Source: Nemertoderma westbladi | Lineage: Eukaryota > Animalia > Xenacoelomorpha | Reading direction: 5' to 3' | NCBI GenBank assembly: GCA_032718475.1 | Contig: JAUCBJ010005131.1 | Span: 1-49,838 of the forward strand | Length of the DNA: 49,838 bases | In this document: one piece after another, positions 1 to 13,459 of the stretch | Position numbering within the stretch: position 1 is the first letter of the stretch | How the letters are laid out: each line of letters starts with the position of its first letter | Notes under the pieces: model-generated | Seen by the model: the letters and a program-made list of their open reading frames with translations, nothing else | What the model was told of the DNA's origin: nothing | Databases searched by the model: none | Position numbers and translations under genes: made by a program

Positions 1-236
1 TTAAATTCATAATATTTATATTGTGAATTAACAAATTCGTATTTGATATTTTGAGACCAAATAAATTATTTGGACAAATAATTTAATCGAAATTTCGATT
101 AAATTAATATATATATCTCGAAATTTTGCGAGATTTCAGCCGGAAGGCAAAAACTATATAACATATATATATAAATATATAATTATATATAATATATACA
201 TATATATATAAAAACTATAAAACTATACTTTAAACA

Positions 237-3050
237 ATGAGTGTCTCAGAGAAGGTGGCACCAGAGGACAGCTATGAGACGGCGGCTGGACCGCCGACTG
301 ACGACAGTGTCAACATAACTGTTGACGACAATGCTGACTATGATGATGCAGGGGGTGACACTGATGTAAGTGAACAGGAGGATGTTACAGTAACTAGTGA
401 AGAAGACCAAGGTAAGGTAATATTAATAGGGTCCACTACTACTACTGTAAGGAAGGATCATACAACAGCCCAACCCGAGGTGAGTGATAAGGGGTAGAGT
501 TAGCTGGAGTGAGAGCCCAAAGTCCGGTGTCCAGACCTGTGGGTATGGTCAGTGCCGTGGTCCCAGTGGCAGTGAGGAGCACCCGGAGTTCCCATAATAA
601 TCCCTCAAGTCCACCGAGTGTAAGTCAGGTAAGCGTGAGAGAGCAAGACATCGCGCTAAAGAAGAAACTCCGCGCACATGTCGGACATATAACCCGGATG
701 ACGGACAAGGTAAGAAGGATGCTAGCCGACTCTGGTAGCATCGGACGAGAAAGTTTAGTAGAACTTAGAAAGGGCTACAACTCAGCACTGTTCAAGCAGA
801 CAGAGGAGCTAGCAGTTCTAGCAAAAAGGGCAGTGGACTCCCGGTTGAATGACATAGCGACGCGGGTATATGATAAGGCTTTAGCAATCTTATTGGAGCA
901 CCACACATTTGTCGGAGCGATTCCGACGTGTTAGGACAGAGAACTGGTTACTATGGGATTCGCAAGCCCAGGCGAATCAAGTCAGTGATGTGAAATTAGA
1001 TCTAGTGGAACTGGAGGAGATTCAGGACAAGGAAGAGCGCAGATACCAGAGAGAAGTCACAAATTGGTTGATACAGAGTGGAGTAGTAGTACCGGGTGAG
1101 GTGCTGCCGACGACGGGGAATATCGAGCGGAGGCCGCTAACTCCGCCTGACGATGCATCCAGAAACAGTGGAGAATCACAGGTTAGTCATGCACGAGGAA
1201 ATGTCATATGCGCTAGATCCATTGTTTCTCACAACTCAGCAGAAGAAAGGAGAAGCCGATTAGACGAACAACAAAAGGAATTTTTTCCTGCGGCGGAGGC
1301 AAGGAATGAAGCCGAATGAGAAAAGGAGTGCCGCTGCAGAGTGGATGCGAACCGGTGAGAGTTGGAGGACATAAATAAGCGCGAGCAACTCGAACATGAA
1401 GCAAAGGAATGCGAACGCCACCTCGAATGCAACCGTAAAGAACATGAACTTCAACTCGAAGGCGAAGCAAAGGAACGCCAACTCGAACGCAAAGCAAATG
1501 AACGCAAATTTCAACTCAAAAACGAGCGCAAAGAACATGAATTTCAACTCGAATGCGAACGTAAGGAACGCGAACTCGAGATTGAGAGAGAGAGACGATT
1601 ATTATATGAAGAGAAGGCACGATTGGAGGAAGAAAGCGCAGCTAGAATTGCAAGGGAGGCAGAACAGCGAACGCTAGATCAATTAGAAAGCGCACATTTG
1701 GATTTAGAGAGTGAAGAATGAACAAGGAAGGCAAATGAAATTGCCGAAAGGGGGATGCAAATGATCGAAGAATGTGGGGCGAGTGTAGGTACCGAGTTGC
1801 AAGACCTTTTTGCACAACAGAAGGCTGAACAAGAGGCGAGATCTCCAGTTAAAAGGGAGTCGCCGTTGACAAGAACTCCTATACCCGGTCCGACAATTAC
1901 GAGTACTCAGATTGCGAAACCATTTTCTGCATATCGCACACCAGTTGGTATCAGCGCCTCACCAATCGAACAACATCCGCACCTCCAAGAGGGCGCTCCA
2001 TGAGTAAACTATTATCACGACTCAGGCGAGTTTATAGAAGAAACTCCTAGAGGACGAACATCGGGCGAACCAAACCCGCGGGTTTGGAATACACCAATGG
2101 ACTGTCGACCCAGTTCGATGGAAAATTTCCGGGTTAAACCGGAAGAAGGATCATATGAAAGGCAAAGGCTTACCCAAATAGAGCCATCAGCTCAGTGGAA
2201 ACCTAGCCAGGAATTTATTATGAGGGATGAGTTATATGCCAGTTTAGCGCAAGCTATATCGCTGCACATCCAACCTATAACGGATATGCTTAGCAACATA
2301 CAGCTAAGAATAGCAGCCCAGGTAAGGACAAATGCTAATCCCAGCAGCCAAGAACAAGGAGAAGCCCAGTCTAATGCACGAGTACGCATGTCAGAGGCAA
2401 CAATACCACAAAGACCACAGGTAAGAACACCCATCCCTATGATCCGTAATCCTGATTTCTTGCACTCTGACGAGAGATTTATAGAAGAAGTTTGGGTTAG
2501 AGCCTCAGCGTGTAAACCAATATGAGCGCCGACTCGAGCAATGAAGAGGAAGATTTGAGGCGTCAGAAGTCTGAAAACCGGAAGGAAAGAAGGACTAACA
2601 TGGAGCAGGAAAGTATGAACCCTCGGGAAGGGAGCAGACTCAACAACCCTGCAGAGTTGACCAACTTGTTGACCCGGAATGACGCCACCCTTAGAAACAT
2701 AGGTAAGTTTGCTGCCAGGCAGGGACTGCCGGCGCAACAACCTCAGAAGTTTATGGGCAACTACAAACATTGTAGGACGTTTAAGACTTATGTCGATGAG
2801 CAATTGACCAACAGCACATTTACTCCCAATGAAAAATTCAACTACCTACTACAAATGCTCCGTCGTGAACTGAGAGCCATTGCCGATAACTTCATCGGCA
2901 ATGAAAGAGCATTTGAACTAGCTATGAAGACACTTAGCAACATTTACGGAAATAAGATCAAAATGGTGCAGCCAATAGTGGAAGATTTGGGTAAGGGCGG
3001 AAAAATTACGACTCCGTTAGGGCTGTTGAATTTATCATCAGCTCAATTTA
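237..3050 (+). pseudogene. gag: Bel/Pao gag (acidic N-terminus, coiled coil, DUF1759-like domain), broken by stops and frameshifts
   Basis: ORF chain 237-497, 509-934, 909-1319, 1362-1721, 1755-2003, 2097-2525, 2522-3097. The last has PQKFMGNYKHCRTFK...EKFNYLLQML...LSNIYG, typical of DUF1759. Confidence 0.85.
1388..1580 (+). repeat. ~33-bp tandem repeat encoding gag coiled coil (ERxLExERKEH-like)
   Basis: Recurring aactcgaa...aaggaacgc units. Confidence 0.75.
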
Positions 3051-3055
3051 TCATC

Positions 3056-6000
3056 GGCCACGTCCAAAATATTCAGCGTAATACTGGTGAAACTTAATGG
3101 AGTCAAAGGGTCGAAGAGAATATATGTGATGTTGGACACCGCGTCCAAATTATCATATATAGACGAGGGCCATTTCTAGCTTCCAGGATGCTGAGGAAAT
3201 CAGGATAGAGTTAAAATCCATGCACGGGGTAGGAGATGTCAAGGGACATACAATTTCTGTCGAACTAGACTCCCTACTTCCGAGAGAAGAGCACACTCAC
3301 CAGGAAAGGAGAGCATTGCCGCTGGATGGACTTAAGTGTCTGGCTATGAAAGTGTTCAGAATGCAGTTAGGTAAAGTGCCACCGATGAGTCCCATAGCAC
3401 AGGAGTATTTTGATGAACTCAAAATACCAAGACACCAGGTAGGTGATAGAAATGTGTCCATGTTGATTGGAGCGGAACAGCTGATCATGCAGCAAATATG
3501 GGAAACAAGACCAGTTGAGCCGTATATAAATGGGCCACAAGCCCATAGGACCATATTAGGTTGGTATACACGCGTACCTATTTCAAATGAGTTTCTAGGT
3601 GGCGATAAGCCAACGGATGGACATGACGACTCGCAGCCTACACCACAACCTTCGTTAGTAGAACCATCAGACATTGACGAATTTAGGAGAGCCTGTATTG
3701 ATCACTATAGCGACTTTAGCGAGTCAGAGGAGGAGTTGAGTCCGATAATGCTAGACTATCGGAACCACTCTATAATGACCGAACAGATTGTGAACCCGAG
3801 GATTACTGCCATCAGATGCCACTTATTTGAGTAACGTTTTGACATATACCAATATAGTGGAGGGTCAGGTGGCGAAATATCGAGACCTCGACATTTCCAA
3901 TTCAGCGAAGAGGAGTTACAAAAGGAATTGATACACCAAGACCTTGAGGCAGGAGCTAGAACCGTTGAATGGTTGGACAAAGATGCGATGATACCCGGTG
4001 GCTACGTCTTAACCATGTCTACATATGAGAAATGATCTCTGGAAATGATGGAAGATACAATACGCCTGTTACCGACAGGACACTTTGAGGTTGGAATGTT
4101 GTGGCGTCGGCAATCCACTAAGTTGGAAAATAATTGCAACCTAGCTTTGAAAAGATTAACTGGAGTAAGAGCGCGGTTGTTGAAGAATCAGGATATTAGG
4201 GAGAAATATTGCGCCCAAATTAACAACTATCTAACTAAGGGATTTGCCGGGAAGGTAGAGAACCCCGACATTGTGATGGATCAGACTTATTACCTCCCAC
4301 TTCCATTATGTAACCCACCCCGATAAACCAAACAAAGTTCGAGAGGTTAATGACTGCGCAGCAGTCTATAGAGGTATGTCCCTAAACTCTGAACTAATGG
4401 ATGGTCCCAATCTCAATAACTACTTAATAGGGATGCTGTTACGCTTTAGACAGCGCCGATTTGCCTTTGCTTGCGACATCGAGGCGATGTTCCACCAGGT
4501 GAGAGCCTGTAAGGCGGACCAAGATAGTCTCAGATTTCCCTGGTACGAGAATGAAGACCTATCAGGCCCAGTGGTTATGTACCAGATGTCTGTCAGAATA
4601 TTCAGCACCCGCGACAGTCCAAACGGCATGCTGTATGTCTTAAAGAAAATGGCGACAGCCCAGATTGGAAACGAACTGGTAGACATAATCGAGTCCATCT
4701 TGAGGAACTTTTATATGGACGACGGATTAGTGTCAAGGACACAGCGGAACAAGCCATAGATGTGGCTCACAATCTACAGGAGTGTTTGGCTATGGGAGGG
4801 TTCCCACTGACCAAGTTTACCACTAATTCGGAGGAATTATTAGAGTTGTTCCTGGTGAAAGATCGTGGGAGCAGAGACATCGAGTTGGGTGTAGAACCCA
4901 TCCCTATGGTGCGAGTACTGGGACTCAAATGGAATCCGAACATGGATAAATTCCAGGTGAGGGTGAGATTTGAGCCCAGTAGCCCCGACAAAACCTTGAC
5001 TAAAAAAATCTGCTGGTCGAGCATGAGCAGACTATTTGACCCGATAATATTTATCAGTCCGGTAATATTACAGGCGCGAATATGTATGAGGAAAATCTGG
5101 CTGTCTGACTTAGACTGGGATGAGCCAATATCCCCAATACATGCGAAGCAGTGGAGAGAGTTGCATCTATTGAAAAATATAGATGTACCCCGCTCCTACT
5201 TTCCGAATTCCTATTTCCAGCTGCTTTAGAACTGCACCTGTTTAGTGATGCAAGAGACACCGGCTTTGGTATGGTCACCTACCTTCACCGAGAGGTAAGT
5301 CAGGATAAGTTTGAGACGGTCTTTGCGACTTCTAGATCAAAGACAATGCCGGTCAAATACATGAATGTCCCTCATGCAGAGTTGCAGGCAGCAGTAGTAT
5401 CAGTCGAGGTAAGTAAATAAATAAGGGATGAACTAGACACGATCTTGACATTATTTTATTGGACGGATGCATCTTTGGTGCTAGTGTACAGTATATTCTA
5501 GCTGACAATATTGCACTAAAGACATTTGTAGCCAACAGACATGCCCAGATCGTTGACTTTTCGACGAAGGAGCAATGGAGACATTGTCCAGGAGTGTTAA
5601 ACCCCGCCGACATAACTTCGAGAGGTGCCATGCCAGCAGAATTCTGTCATGAAGAATCCCAGGAGTTTTGGTTACATGGACCGGATTTTCTAACGAGGAC
5701 GCAGGAGCATTGGCGAGAGATGCTGAAGATTATTACCAATCTGATGCTGATAGACGCGAAGGTCAAGTTGGATAAGGTTTCCAAGTCTAAGTCGAAGGCC
5801 AGTCTAGAATCACTGGAGCGGCCTGAAGAATCACTGGAGCGGCCAGAAGAATCACTGGAGCGGCCTGAAGAATCATTGGATGGAGCGGCCCAGAGACTTG
5901 TCGGACCAAGAGACATGTGTGACTACAAGGTCCGGAAGGGTAAGTTATGACATAATTCGGTTTTCAAATATGCGGGTTTGGATTCGAAGATTCCGTTAGC

Positions 6001-6290
6001 GAGCATGCAACCATCACCAGCACTAGAGCCACATAGTATTTATGACAAATTGCTAAAATCGTCCGCCTCTTGGTTGACAATGGAAGAACCGCATGGTTGG
6101 GCTGATATGTTTCGTTCCTTTGTTTAAACTATACGAAGCATTTAGGAGATCAAATGAGCACTAACAGTGAGCGAATTCGGAAGTTAAAAGAACCTCTGAC
6201 AAAGGATGAGATTGATCAAGCAGAATTAAAACATTTGAGATATTATCAAATGTGTGCCTTCTCAAAAGAATTCAATCTATTATTGGCTCA
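3056..6290 (+). pseudogene. pol: Bel/Pao pol: aspartic protease, reverse transcriptase, RNase H (Peptidase_A17 region)
   Basis: VMLDTAS protease motif (~3127); SLNSELMDGPNL, FACDIEAMFHQV, NFYMDDGL (RT); VLGLKWNP, RLFDPII; LHLFSDARDTGFG and QWRHCPGVLNPADITSRG (RNase H). Multiple frameshifts. Confidence 0.92.
5806..5881 (+). repeat. 21-bp tandem repeat (~3.6 copies), in-frame ESLERPE
   Basis: agaatcactggagcggcc(t/a)ga repeated. Confidence 0.9.
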
Positions 6291-6298
6291 ATGATCAG

Positions 6299-9051
6299 TA
6301 GGGTGTTACAAAAATCACTTTTTTGCCCCAATTGCTTGGAAACTTCGACATGTTTTGCCATTTTAATGTAGAAGTACAATGCAAAAAACCGTTTTGAAAA
6401 ATATTTAGTGGAAGAGGTGTCACACGAGTCACAAAATCTGAGAAATTTAACAAAATATAGCAGTTTTAATTTACCGATAAATCTAGCGAGAGATGATTGC
6501 AATGATCTGAAACTCATGTTATGTAATGCATTTATCATGGGCTTTCCAATAACGTTTTTGGCATTGTGAAATTGACAAGATCAGATGTGTCACATTGAGT
6601 TTGAAAAATTGAATTTTTTTAAAAAATATAAGAAATTTAACAAAATATAGCAGTTTTAATTTACCGATAAATCTAGCGATAGATGATTGCAATGATCTGA
6701 AACTCATGTTATGTAATGCATTTATCATGGGCTTTCCAATAACGTTTTTGGCAATGTGAAATTGACAAGATCAGATGTGTCACATTGAGTTTGAAAACTT
6801 AACTAATTCTATATGGGAATGTGCTGGTCCCCCTGAGTTAGTTCAACTATTACTGACCTGGCCATCTTTACATTGCCGCGATACACAGTAACTAACCTGT
6901 CATAAGCCCCCTCAGAGGCATTGTCATCACCTATAAACGTACTTACCAATTCCTTCAGTTGACCTCTCAACTGTTGGTATAAGTAGTTGAATTTCTCAGT
7001 CGGTGAGAAATCCTGTTGAGCGACATTAGTCTTGATATAGTTGATGAAGGTTCTCCAATGTTTAGATAAACCAGTGAAGTGCGGAGGATGTAATGGTGGA
7101 AGACTGTGTCTCGGACTGAACTTAGAAAACTCCACTGTGATTGAGTTGACCATAGTATTGTCTTCCCTTCCTACCCGTTGATGGACATAAGTTGGAATCG
7201 GTTCAACTGATGAGTAGGATAACTTACCTGTGGACGAGTACGCGAATTCGTCCCGTGATAGGTTACCTTCTCACTGACTGGTGATCTATAGTCAGTCTCA
7301 AACTCTGAGTCTGCCTGAATATTTATAACTGGGCATTCGTGGTTTAAACTTGGGATGGTCTTCAGGACGTTGGTACTGTTGTTCCTGTACTCTAAGCTTT
7401 TCATTCTCATGTTGATCTCGTTCTACATTGTCATTGACCTCAGGGATATTACACCTAACATGGTCGAACTCCTTATCCACCTGAACTTTGACGTACTGAA
7501 TTCTTTGCTGCACTTCTTGCACAACACCACATACAGTTTGAACTTGTCCCTGCACCTGATGGACTTGTGACTGAATATGTTGGACTTTACCTTTTTCTAT
7601 GGATGACTTCATCCCACACCTCCTTATTACCTTCCCTAATTGCTAAATTTAATTGATACATATGGATGTTGGGTTTACCTGGAGTAGGACTTGGATTAAA
7701 CCGCTCACTGTCTCGAGCTCCATCCCACTCGGCTTGATCACCTTCGTTAATCACAAATCTTTATCGAGACTCTACTTGAGGTCGTATGGGATTCAAGACA
7801 AAGAGTGTTACCTGAGGTGTGGTTGGTTCTAATTGGTGTCTAGGTTCGGGCTCATGGCAACCTCCGGGGTGACTTACCTGGTTTCCAGGAGTCCCTGCAT
7901 CCACTGGGTCCACCCAATCCTTGGCAACCAGTCTATAGATTTATTGCGCATAATGTTGATGTGCTTCTATGGTGTCGGCTCCATGTATCTCGTTGAAGCG
8001 CACAATCGATGGTTCAGGCTGCTGATTAGTTCTTGAGCTCGAGTTCTTGAGCAGTCCGTTGCTGTCGATCCTCCAATTCATAGGCCTTCTGTTGCGGTTT
8101 GGCCGCAGCCAACTGTCTTTGTTGTTCTAGAATTAATGCCTCCTTGCGTTGTTCCATCTCGAGTTTCTTCCTGGTGATGTCGCGTTGATGAGCCAAATGT
8201 TTGTTCTCTTCATTGTCTGCTCACATTGAGTCGGGCTTACCGACTGCCTTCCAGCCTACCGACTTTAGCAGTCTTCCGACATTGGCAGTTTTCCATCCAA
8301 AAATTGGTAGTGGCCTACCGGATCGGTTTAACTGTACGAATTTAACAAAATCACCTATTATTAAATTTGTAATTTTAAAATATATGTAATTGTGGAAATG
8401 CTGCAATTTAATATTATTGTACTGTTGTTGTTGTAGTAACACACCTTACTGCCCTACTTCAGTACTTTGTTGCATGGCCTTTATGAATGAAGCAAAACAA
8501 AAGGGTCATGGAGTAACTTAGTAGTAGATGAAGTAGTAGTAGTATAAGTACATAGTACTGGTAAGGAGAGGAACACACTCAGTTTTCATACATTTTGATC
8601 TTCAATTTTGAAATTGTAGAAATGATAAATGCATTACATAACATGAGTTTCAGATCATTGCAATCATCTATCGCTAGATTTATCGGTAAATTAAAACTGC
8701 TATATTTTGTTAAATTTCTTAGATTTTTAAAAAAAATTCAATTTTTCAAACTCAATGTGACACATCTGATCTTGTCAATTTCACAATGCCAAAAACGTTA
8801 TTGGAAAGCCCATGATAAATGCATTACATAACATGAGTTTCAGATCATTGCAATCATCTATCGCTAGATTTATCGGTAAATTAAAACTGCTATATTTTGT
8901 TAAATTTCTCAGATTTTGTGACTCGTGTGACACCTCTTCCACTAAATATTTTTCAAAACGGTTTTTTGCATTGTACTTCTACATTAAAATGGCAAAACAT
9001 GTCGAAGTTTCCAAGCAATTGGGGCAAAAAAGTGATTTTTGTAACACCCTA
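6299..9051. mobile_element. Non-autonomous hAT-like DNA transposon with ~430-bp TIRs and 8-bp TSD
   Basis: Termini TAGGGTGTTAC...GTAACACCCTA; perfect TSD atgatcag at 6291-6298 and 9052-9059; 6299-6728 is a near-perfect reverse complement of 8622-9051; TIRs contain a 190-bp tandem subrepeat. An 8-bp TSD with YAGGG ends is typical of hAT. Confidence 0.88.
6800..8325 (-). pseudogene. gag: Bel/Pao gag fragment (coiled coil + DUF1759-like) inside the hAT element
   Basis: 6809-7153 LPPLHPPHFTGLSKHWRTFINYIK...EKFNYLYQQLRG aligns by eye with A's 2522-3097 ORF but is clearly divergent; Q/E-rich coiled coils at 7298-7612 and ~8030-8220. Confidence 0.8.
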
Positions 9052-9059
9052 ATGATCAG

Positions 9060-9350
9060 TTCTCTATAAACCCCTCAAGAAATTGAGTCCATTGATATAT
9101 AAGGGTTTGATTTGTCATAGATCAAGAATCCAGACTGTCGACATAAATTCACAGTTTAGGTTCCCAGTGATAATCCCTAGTCACCCAATAGAATTACAAA
9201 GAGCGATTCTATGGGATATACATAAGAGGTTGCATCACGTGGGAAGGTTACACTGCTTGTTAGCAGTGATACAGTGATTTATTCTGTTGCAGCCAAGGAG
9301 GGCGGTAGGTACAACGTACGACGCCTTTATGGTTTGCAAGAGAGTGAACT
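9060..9350 (+). pseudogene. pol: Element A pol continuation, integrase N-terminal HHCC region
   Basis: RFPVIIPS...ILWDIHKRLHHVG; resumes immediately after the hAT TSD. Confidence 0.75.
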
Positions 9351-9655
9351 TTCTACATTGACTACATCTTGGCACATTCACAAGAATGCTACGCTGGGTT
9401 TGCAGGACATTGATTTCGCCGTGAGGACCAGCCAGTACATAATCTTGTACTTTGGCAGCCTCATGGAGTGAATAAGCATGGTGGACAGCCCATGACTTTC
9501 TTGAGACGCATCTTAAAGGACACTGGCCTTGAATGATGCGGAGGATCTAGCAAATGTCATGGGTGATAGGGAGTTGTGGCGGCGCAATTTTGTCGACAAG
9601 CCGGCACAGCATTCTTAAAAATGCAGCTGCAATGCAGCATGCCGATACTAGTAGT
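9350..9655 (+). mobile_element. 5'-truncated RTE-group LINE 3' end
   Basis: An unlisted frame reads GFAGH*FRREDQPVHNLVLWQPHG...GQPMTFLRRILKDTGL, then DLANVMGDRELWRR, matching the RTE/RTE-X ORF2 C-terminus; short (tag)n tail near 9648. Confidence 0.7.
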
Positions 9656-9656
9656 A

Positions 9657-9799
9657 GTGCACTACTTCTAATTTTGGTGCTGCAATATAACCACCCCAGT
9701 ACATTTTTTCGAAAATTTTTTTTTTCGGTCGGATCCAGACAAGTGATACCTACGTACAAACAAAAAATCAGACGTTTTCGTAAATATTTGTAGATTTTA

Positions 9800-9834
<35 letters not shown>

Positions 9835-9890
9835 CAATATGACCCATTCCCGGTATTTGTTCAGCATTTTATAGCCCGGTACTAATAGGG
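9657..9890 (-). mobile_element. Terminal fragment of the piggyBac-like MITE family (same as 39166-40737)
   Basis: Reverse complement of ~39166-39391, including the poly-G/C tract and the cccggtactaataggg end. Confidence 0.8.
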
Positions 9891-9938
9891 TGGTTAACCT
9901 GCCAATTTTAGGTGTCTTTTTGTATATCAATTATTTAA

Positions 9939-11104
9939 TGTACTGAAGGTACATCAGCCGAAGCCAGCCTGTGCGCGACCATTCACCCACAGTTAAGGGA
10001 GACTGGATTCGGATGCTTTGATAGTGATTGCAGTGTAGACCTACTGTATTATTCGATTGATCGTTAATATATAATCTCTGACAATATATTTACTTTCGGG
10101 GAAATATTAACAGTTCCTTTAGGACGTGGCGCTTTAAGTATAAAACAGAGTTATGACTTATACTAATCACAACTGGATGGCTACTGAGTTTCGTAAAAAG
10201 CGCATTCTTTAGGAGATGCTTTATTAACCTTCACACTACTTCACACGACTTCACACTAGTTCACACTACTGCGCACTGATCTGCCGACCGTCACTGAATT
10301 TGATCATATATAAGGAGGATCGCAACTGACACATGTAGGGATTATGAAATAGCATTCAATTCACACAAAAACCACTATAATGTAAGTCGCAGTTGCTACC
10401 GGTAAACCTGTTCCTCTAACCTTTAGTAATCAAAGAGATTGAGGGTTTTATGATTATTCATCGGTATTCTCCAAATATATCAGCAATATATACCAACATA
10501 ACACAGTAACACCAATTAATAACAGAATCAAATAATGCGGTGAACAGTCAGTATGTGTAGTTGAATCGCGTTGCGTAGTGCCGCGGTGTGGCGATTCAGA
10601 TATGAAGTATGATTCAGCAATGATTCAGTAGTTGAATTGCGTTGCGTAATGCCGCGATGTGGCGGTGTGCTGCGTTAATAGTTTTACGTTCCTTTAATCA
10701 AAGCCATCTGATGTTTCTGATGTTTAGGTCAAAGTCTGAAACTTCCACAGAAGTACAGAAGAATCCTAAGCCGGTGTTCTGGGCTTAGAAAGATACACAC
10801 TGACTGAATTGCGTGAGTTTCTGTAGGCACTGTCCAACACAAAGTGAAAATCGCTCTGATTGGCTGAGCCGAACAAAGAACAAAGAGAGATTCAGGTTCC
10901 GCGTTGGCAGTAAATCAGCTGACAGATTGCGTCATCTGAGTCATCTTTTAGAGTATTAAGCGAATTGCGGCAGAATGGCTAGTTATGTCCGCTAAAGCAC
11001 ACATACAGACATAACGGGTAAAAATGGCTTGTTATGTCCGCTAAAAGCACCTACACGGTACATTGCGGAGAAAATGACTGGTTATATCCGCAAAAGCTTT
11101 TACA
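9939..11104 (-). repeat. 3' LTR of element B (~1.17 kb)
   Basis: Minus strand reads TGTAAAAG...CAGTACA; preceded by PPT-like gggagcgg (11105-11112); TATA-like (~10306-10312) upstream of AATAAA (~10220-10225) on minus. The left boundary is inferred from the TGTA..TACA ends. Confidence 0.7.
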
Positions 11105-11130
11105 CCGCTCCCAGAAAATGGGATTTAATT

Positions 11131-12319
11131 CTATAAAATATCAAAAATCACAGTTTCTAAAATATAAAAATACTCTAAACAGTTAGTCCTTCTTATGCGA
11201 ACGGCGTTTATGCAGTTTTTGAGGCTAGCAAGAGTCCTTTTCTCTTTGGGGCGAGCCACTTTACTAGGAGGGCTATAACTCCTGGGTGAAGGGTGCAATA
11301 CAATTGCATCGGAAGGTTTAGGATGACGGTTGGTGTATCTGCCGGTCGAGGTACTCGGTTGATCGGTATCAACCTCAGTGGAACGAGGTCGAACAACCTT
11401 CAGAGCGCGTTTCAAGACAGCAGCTCTTACTGGTCCCTGACGATTTGTCTGCACAAGAGCGGTAGGTGGACCATGTGTAGTGAGAAATTTCGTCGGTTTG
11501 ATGGTTCTTTCCGACTCGCGTTCTCGGGCTCTGTCAAAATCGATATGCTTCTCCTCGAGCTGATTTTCCTCCGCTTGTCGTTGGAAGCATTCGTCTAAAA
11601 CTCGTTTAGAGAGTAGGGTCGTCCAATTTCGATATCTTCTTAGAGATTCTGGATTTCCCGATCGAACTGATATAAAGCTAATTCGTTTACCACTTGGACT
11701 GGTTGCTGCAATTTACGTTTTTCTAAGCAATCGTAGGTTCCTTTTCCGATCTTTTATCGAATAGTGTCTAACGCGTGCGTACAATTTTCTCCTCCACTTC
11801 GGTGACAGATTATATCGGGTTAAACAGGGACGATTATACGGTTGAATGGCGATATTAGGTGTCCGCGTCCCAATCTGGCTAGGTAAGATGGGCGAATATC
11901 TAGGGAGCCCACAACCGGAGTGCCACCGACTAATTGTTCGGGTAACACTAGATCTTTGAACAGTGAGTGCAGTTCAAGAGGATCCGTCATACTATTAGGA
12001 TCAAGAGTCTGAGGTCTCACCAGGAGGGAATGAGCAGGTCTGACCGAGTATTCCGGAACTCATCGTCCGTATCATGTAAATCGATAGGATGACCAGTAGT
12101 TAAGAAGTGCATATTACGATGCGTATAGCGAGCGGTGAATTTTCTATAGTCCAATTCACGCATGAGTTGTTCCTTTGACATTGGCGGTTCGATATAACGG
12201 CCATCGTCCTCCGTAGTAGGTTGACTAACATCGCCGCGTATTAAACTATCAACAAATGCTTGCAATGGTGGGGTATATCGTTCCCTGATACCAAGATCAT
12301 CTTCTATCAACTCAGTCAT
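11131..12319 (-). pseudogene. Degenerate accessory ORF of unknown function between pol and the 3' LTR of B
   Basis: Chain 12017-12319 (ATG), 11820-12020, and ~11600-11131 (..DECFQRQAEENQLEEKHIDFDRARERE..); coding-like composition compared with AT-rich flanks; same strand as gag-pol. Confidence 0.55.
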
Positions 12320-13096
12320 AGCTGCTATATGAGTTTATCGATATTATAATTAATCATAATTAGGCTAGTGGTCGTTGCTGCCTACCCCTCACGGCCCCCG
12401 GACAGTGCAAGATCCTCAGTGCTGATGTACTGTTGCCGCTGTGTCTATCGCCAACATAGTAGCTACACAACGACAACAACAACCAGCACGAGTCACTCCA
12501 CTGTCTGTCCCAAGGGCTTAGATTTACTTCAGGTTCTTACTGCAGAGGTAGTGCTACTTTCACAACTGGGACTCGCTACTGTAAACACACTTTAGTAGTA
12601 ACATTCACCTATAAACGCACAAATTCTACACAACTGTCACAAATTGTACACATTCGGGCCATTTGTCCGTTAGTCAAGTGCCTTCCAGAATGCCACGTTA
12701 TTATTATGTATCACTGGATTCTAGCAGTGCGCTATTTATTCCGTATGCTATTCAATGGGGCAAGCTTTTTATTGTTCTTTTAACTCACTTCTAATTCTAG
12801 CGTGGTTGTTGCTATGGTGACATTATGGAAAGCTAGCGGTAGAATTAGGGTAATTCTCATGCATACAGATCTGGGATGCTATTTAATAGTAATTCTTTAA
12901 TTGTCAATATTCCCCTTTATACATGATTTTATGAATTTTATCAGCTATTGACTATATATTGGAGATTCTCGCACACTAATACACTTAATAGGGTGAATCT
13001 CCGCTCCCATGATCTATTAATTAATGGAATTTTGGGAGAGATGAATTTAAATTTATTCCCGTAAATTTTATTATTTAATGTTTGAATAAGCACAAT

Positions 13097-13459
13097 TTTA
13101 TTCCAGAGCATGTCTGGGGACTGGGATCCTTGATTCTAGGAAATTTGTCCTTTTAAGAGTATCCGTAAGTTCTACGATATCTTAATCGACTAGAATTTTA
13201 AAGGATCTAAAATTTAACAGATTTTTATTTATAGATTTTCTAGAGTTAACTTGTAAGTATTTACTCTATTGTATTTGTTTGACAGATTTTATAATATTAA
13301 TAGTTAATATTTAAGATGGGCACCGGTTTATTCCAGAACTTGTCTGTTGGACGTTAACCACTGATTCTAGAATTTTGTCTTTCAAGTATATCGGTGGGTG
13401 CCGCGATATCTTAATCGACTAGAATTACAGATGGTCAAAGGGTTTAACAGATTTATTTT
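13097..13459. repeat. Diverged tandem duplication (~230-bp period) in the B 3' UTR
   Basis: tttattccaga...cgatatcttaatcgactagaatt...tttaacagattt occurs twice. Confidence 0.75.

Noticed and set aside
6272-9069. Four similar ORFs (MINALHNMSFRSLQ..) suggesting a small gene family
   Set aside because: They are translations of the 190-bp subrepeats within the hAT TIRs; there is no coding evidence.
9547-9930. 127-aa polyproline ORF
   Set aside because: Arises from the poly-G tract of a MITE end joined to a LINE tail.
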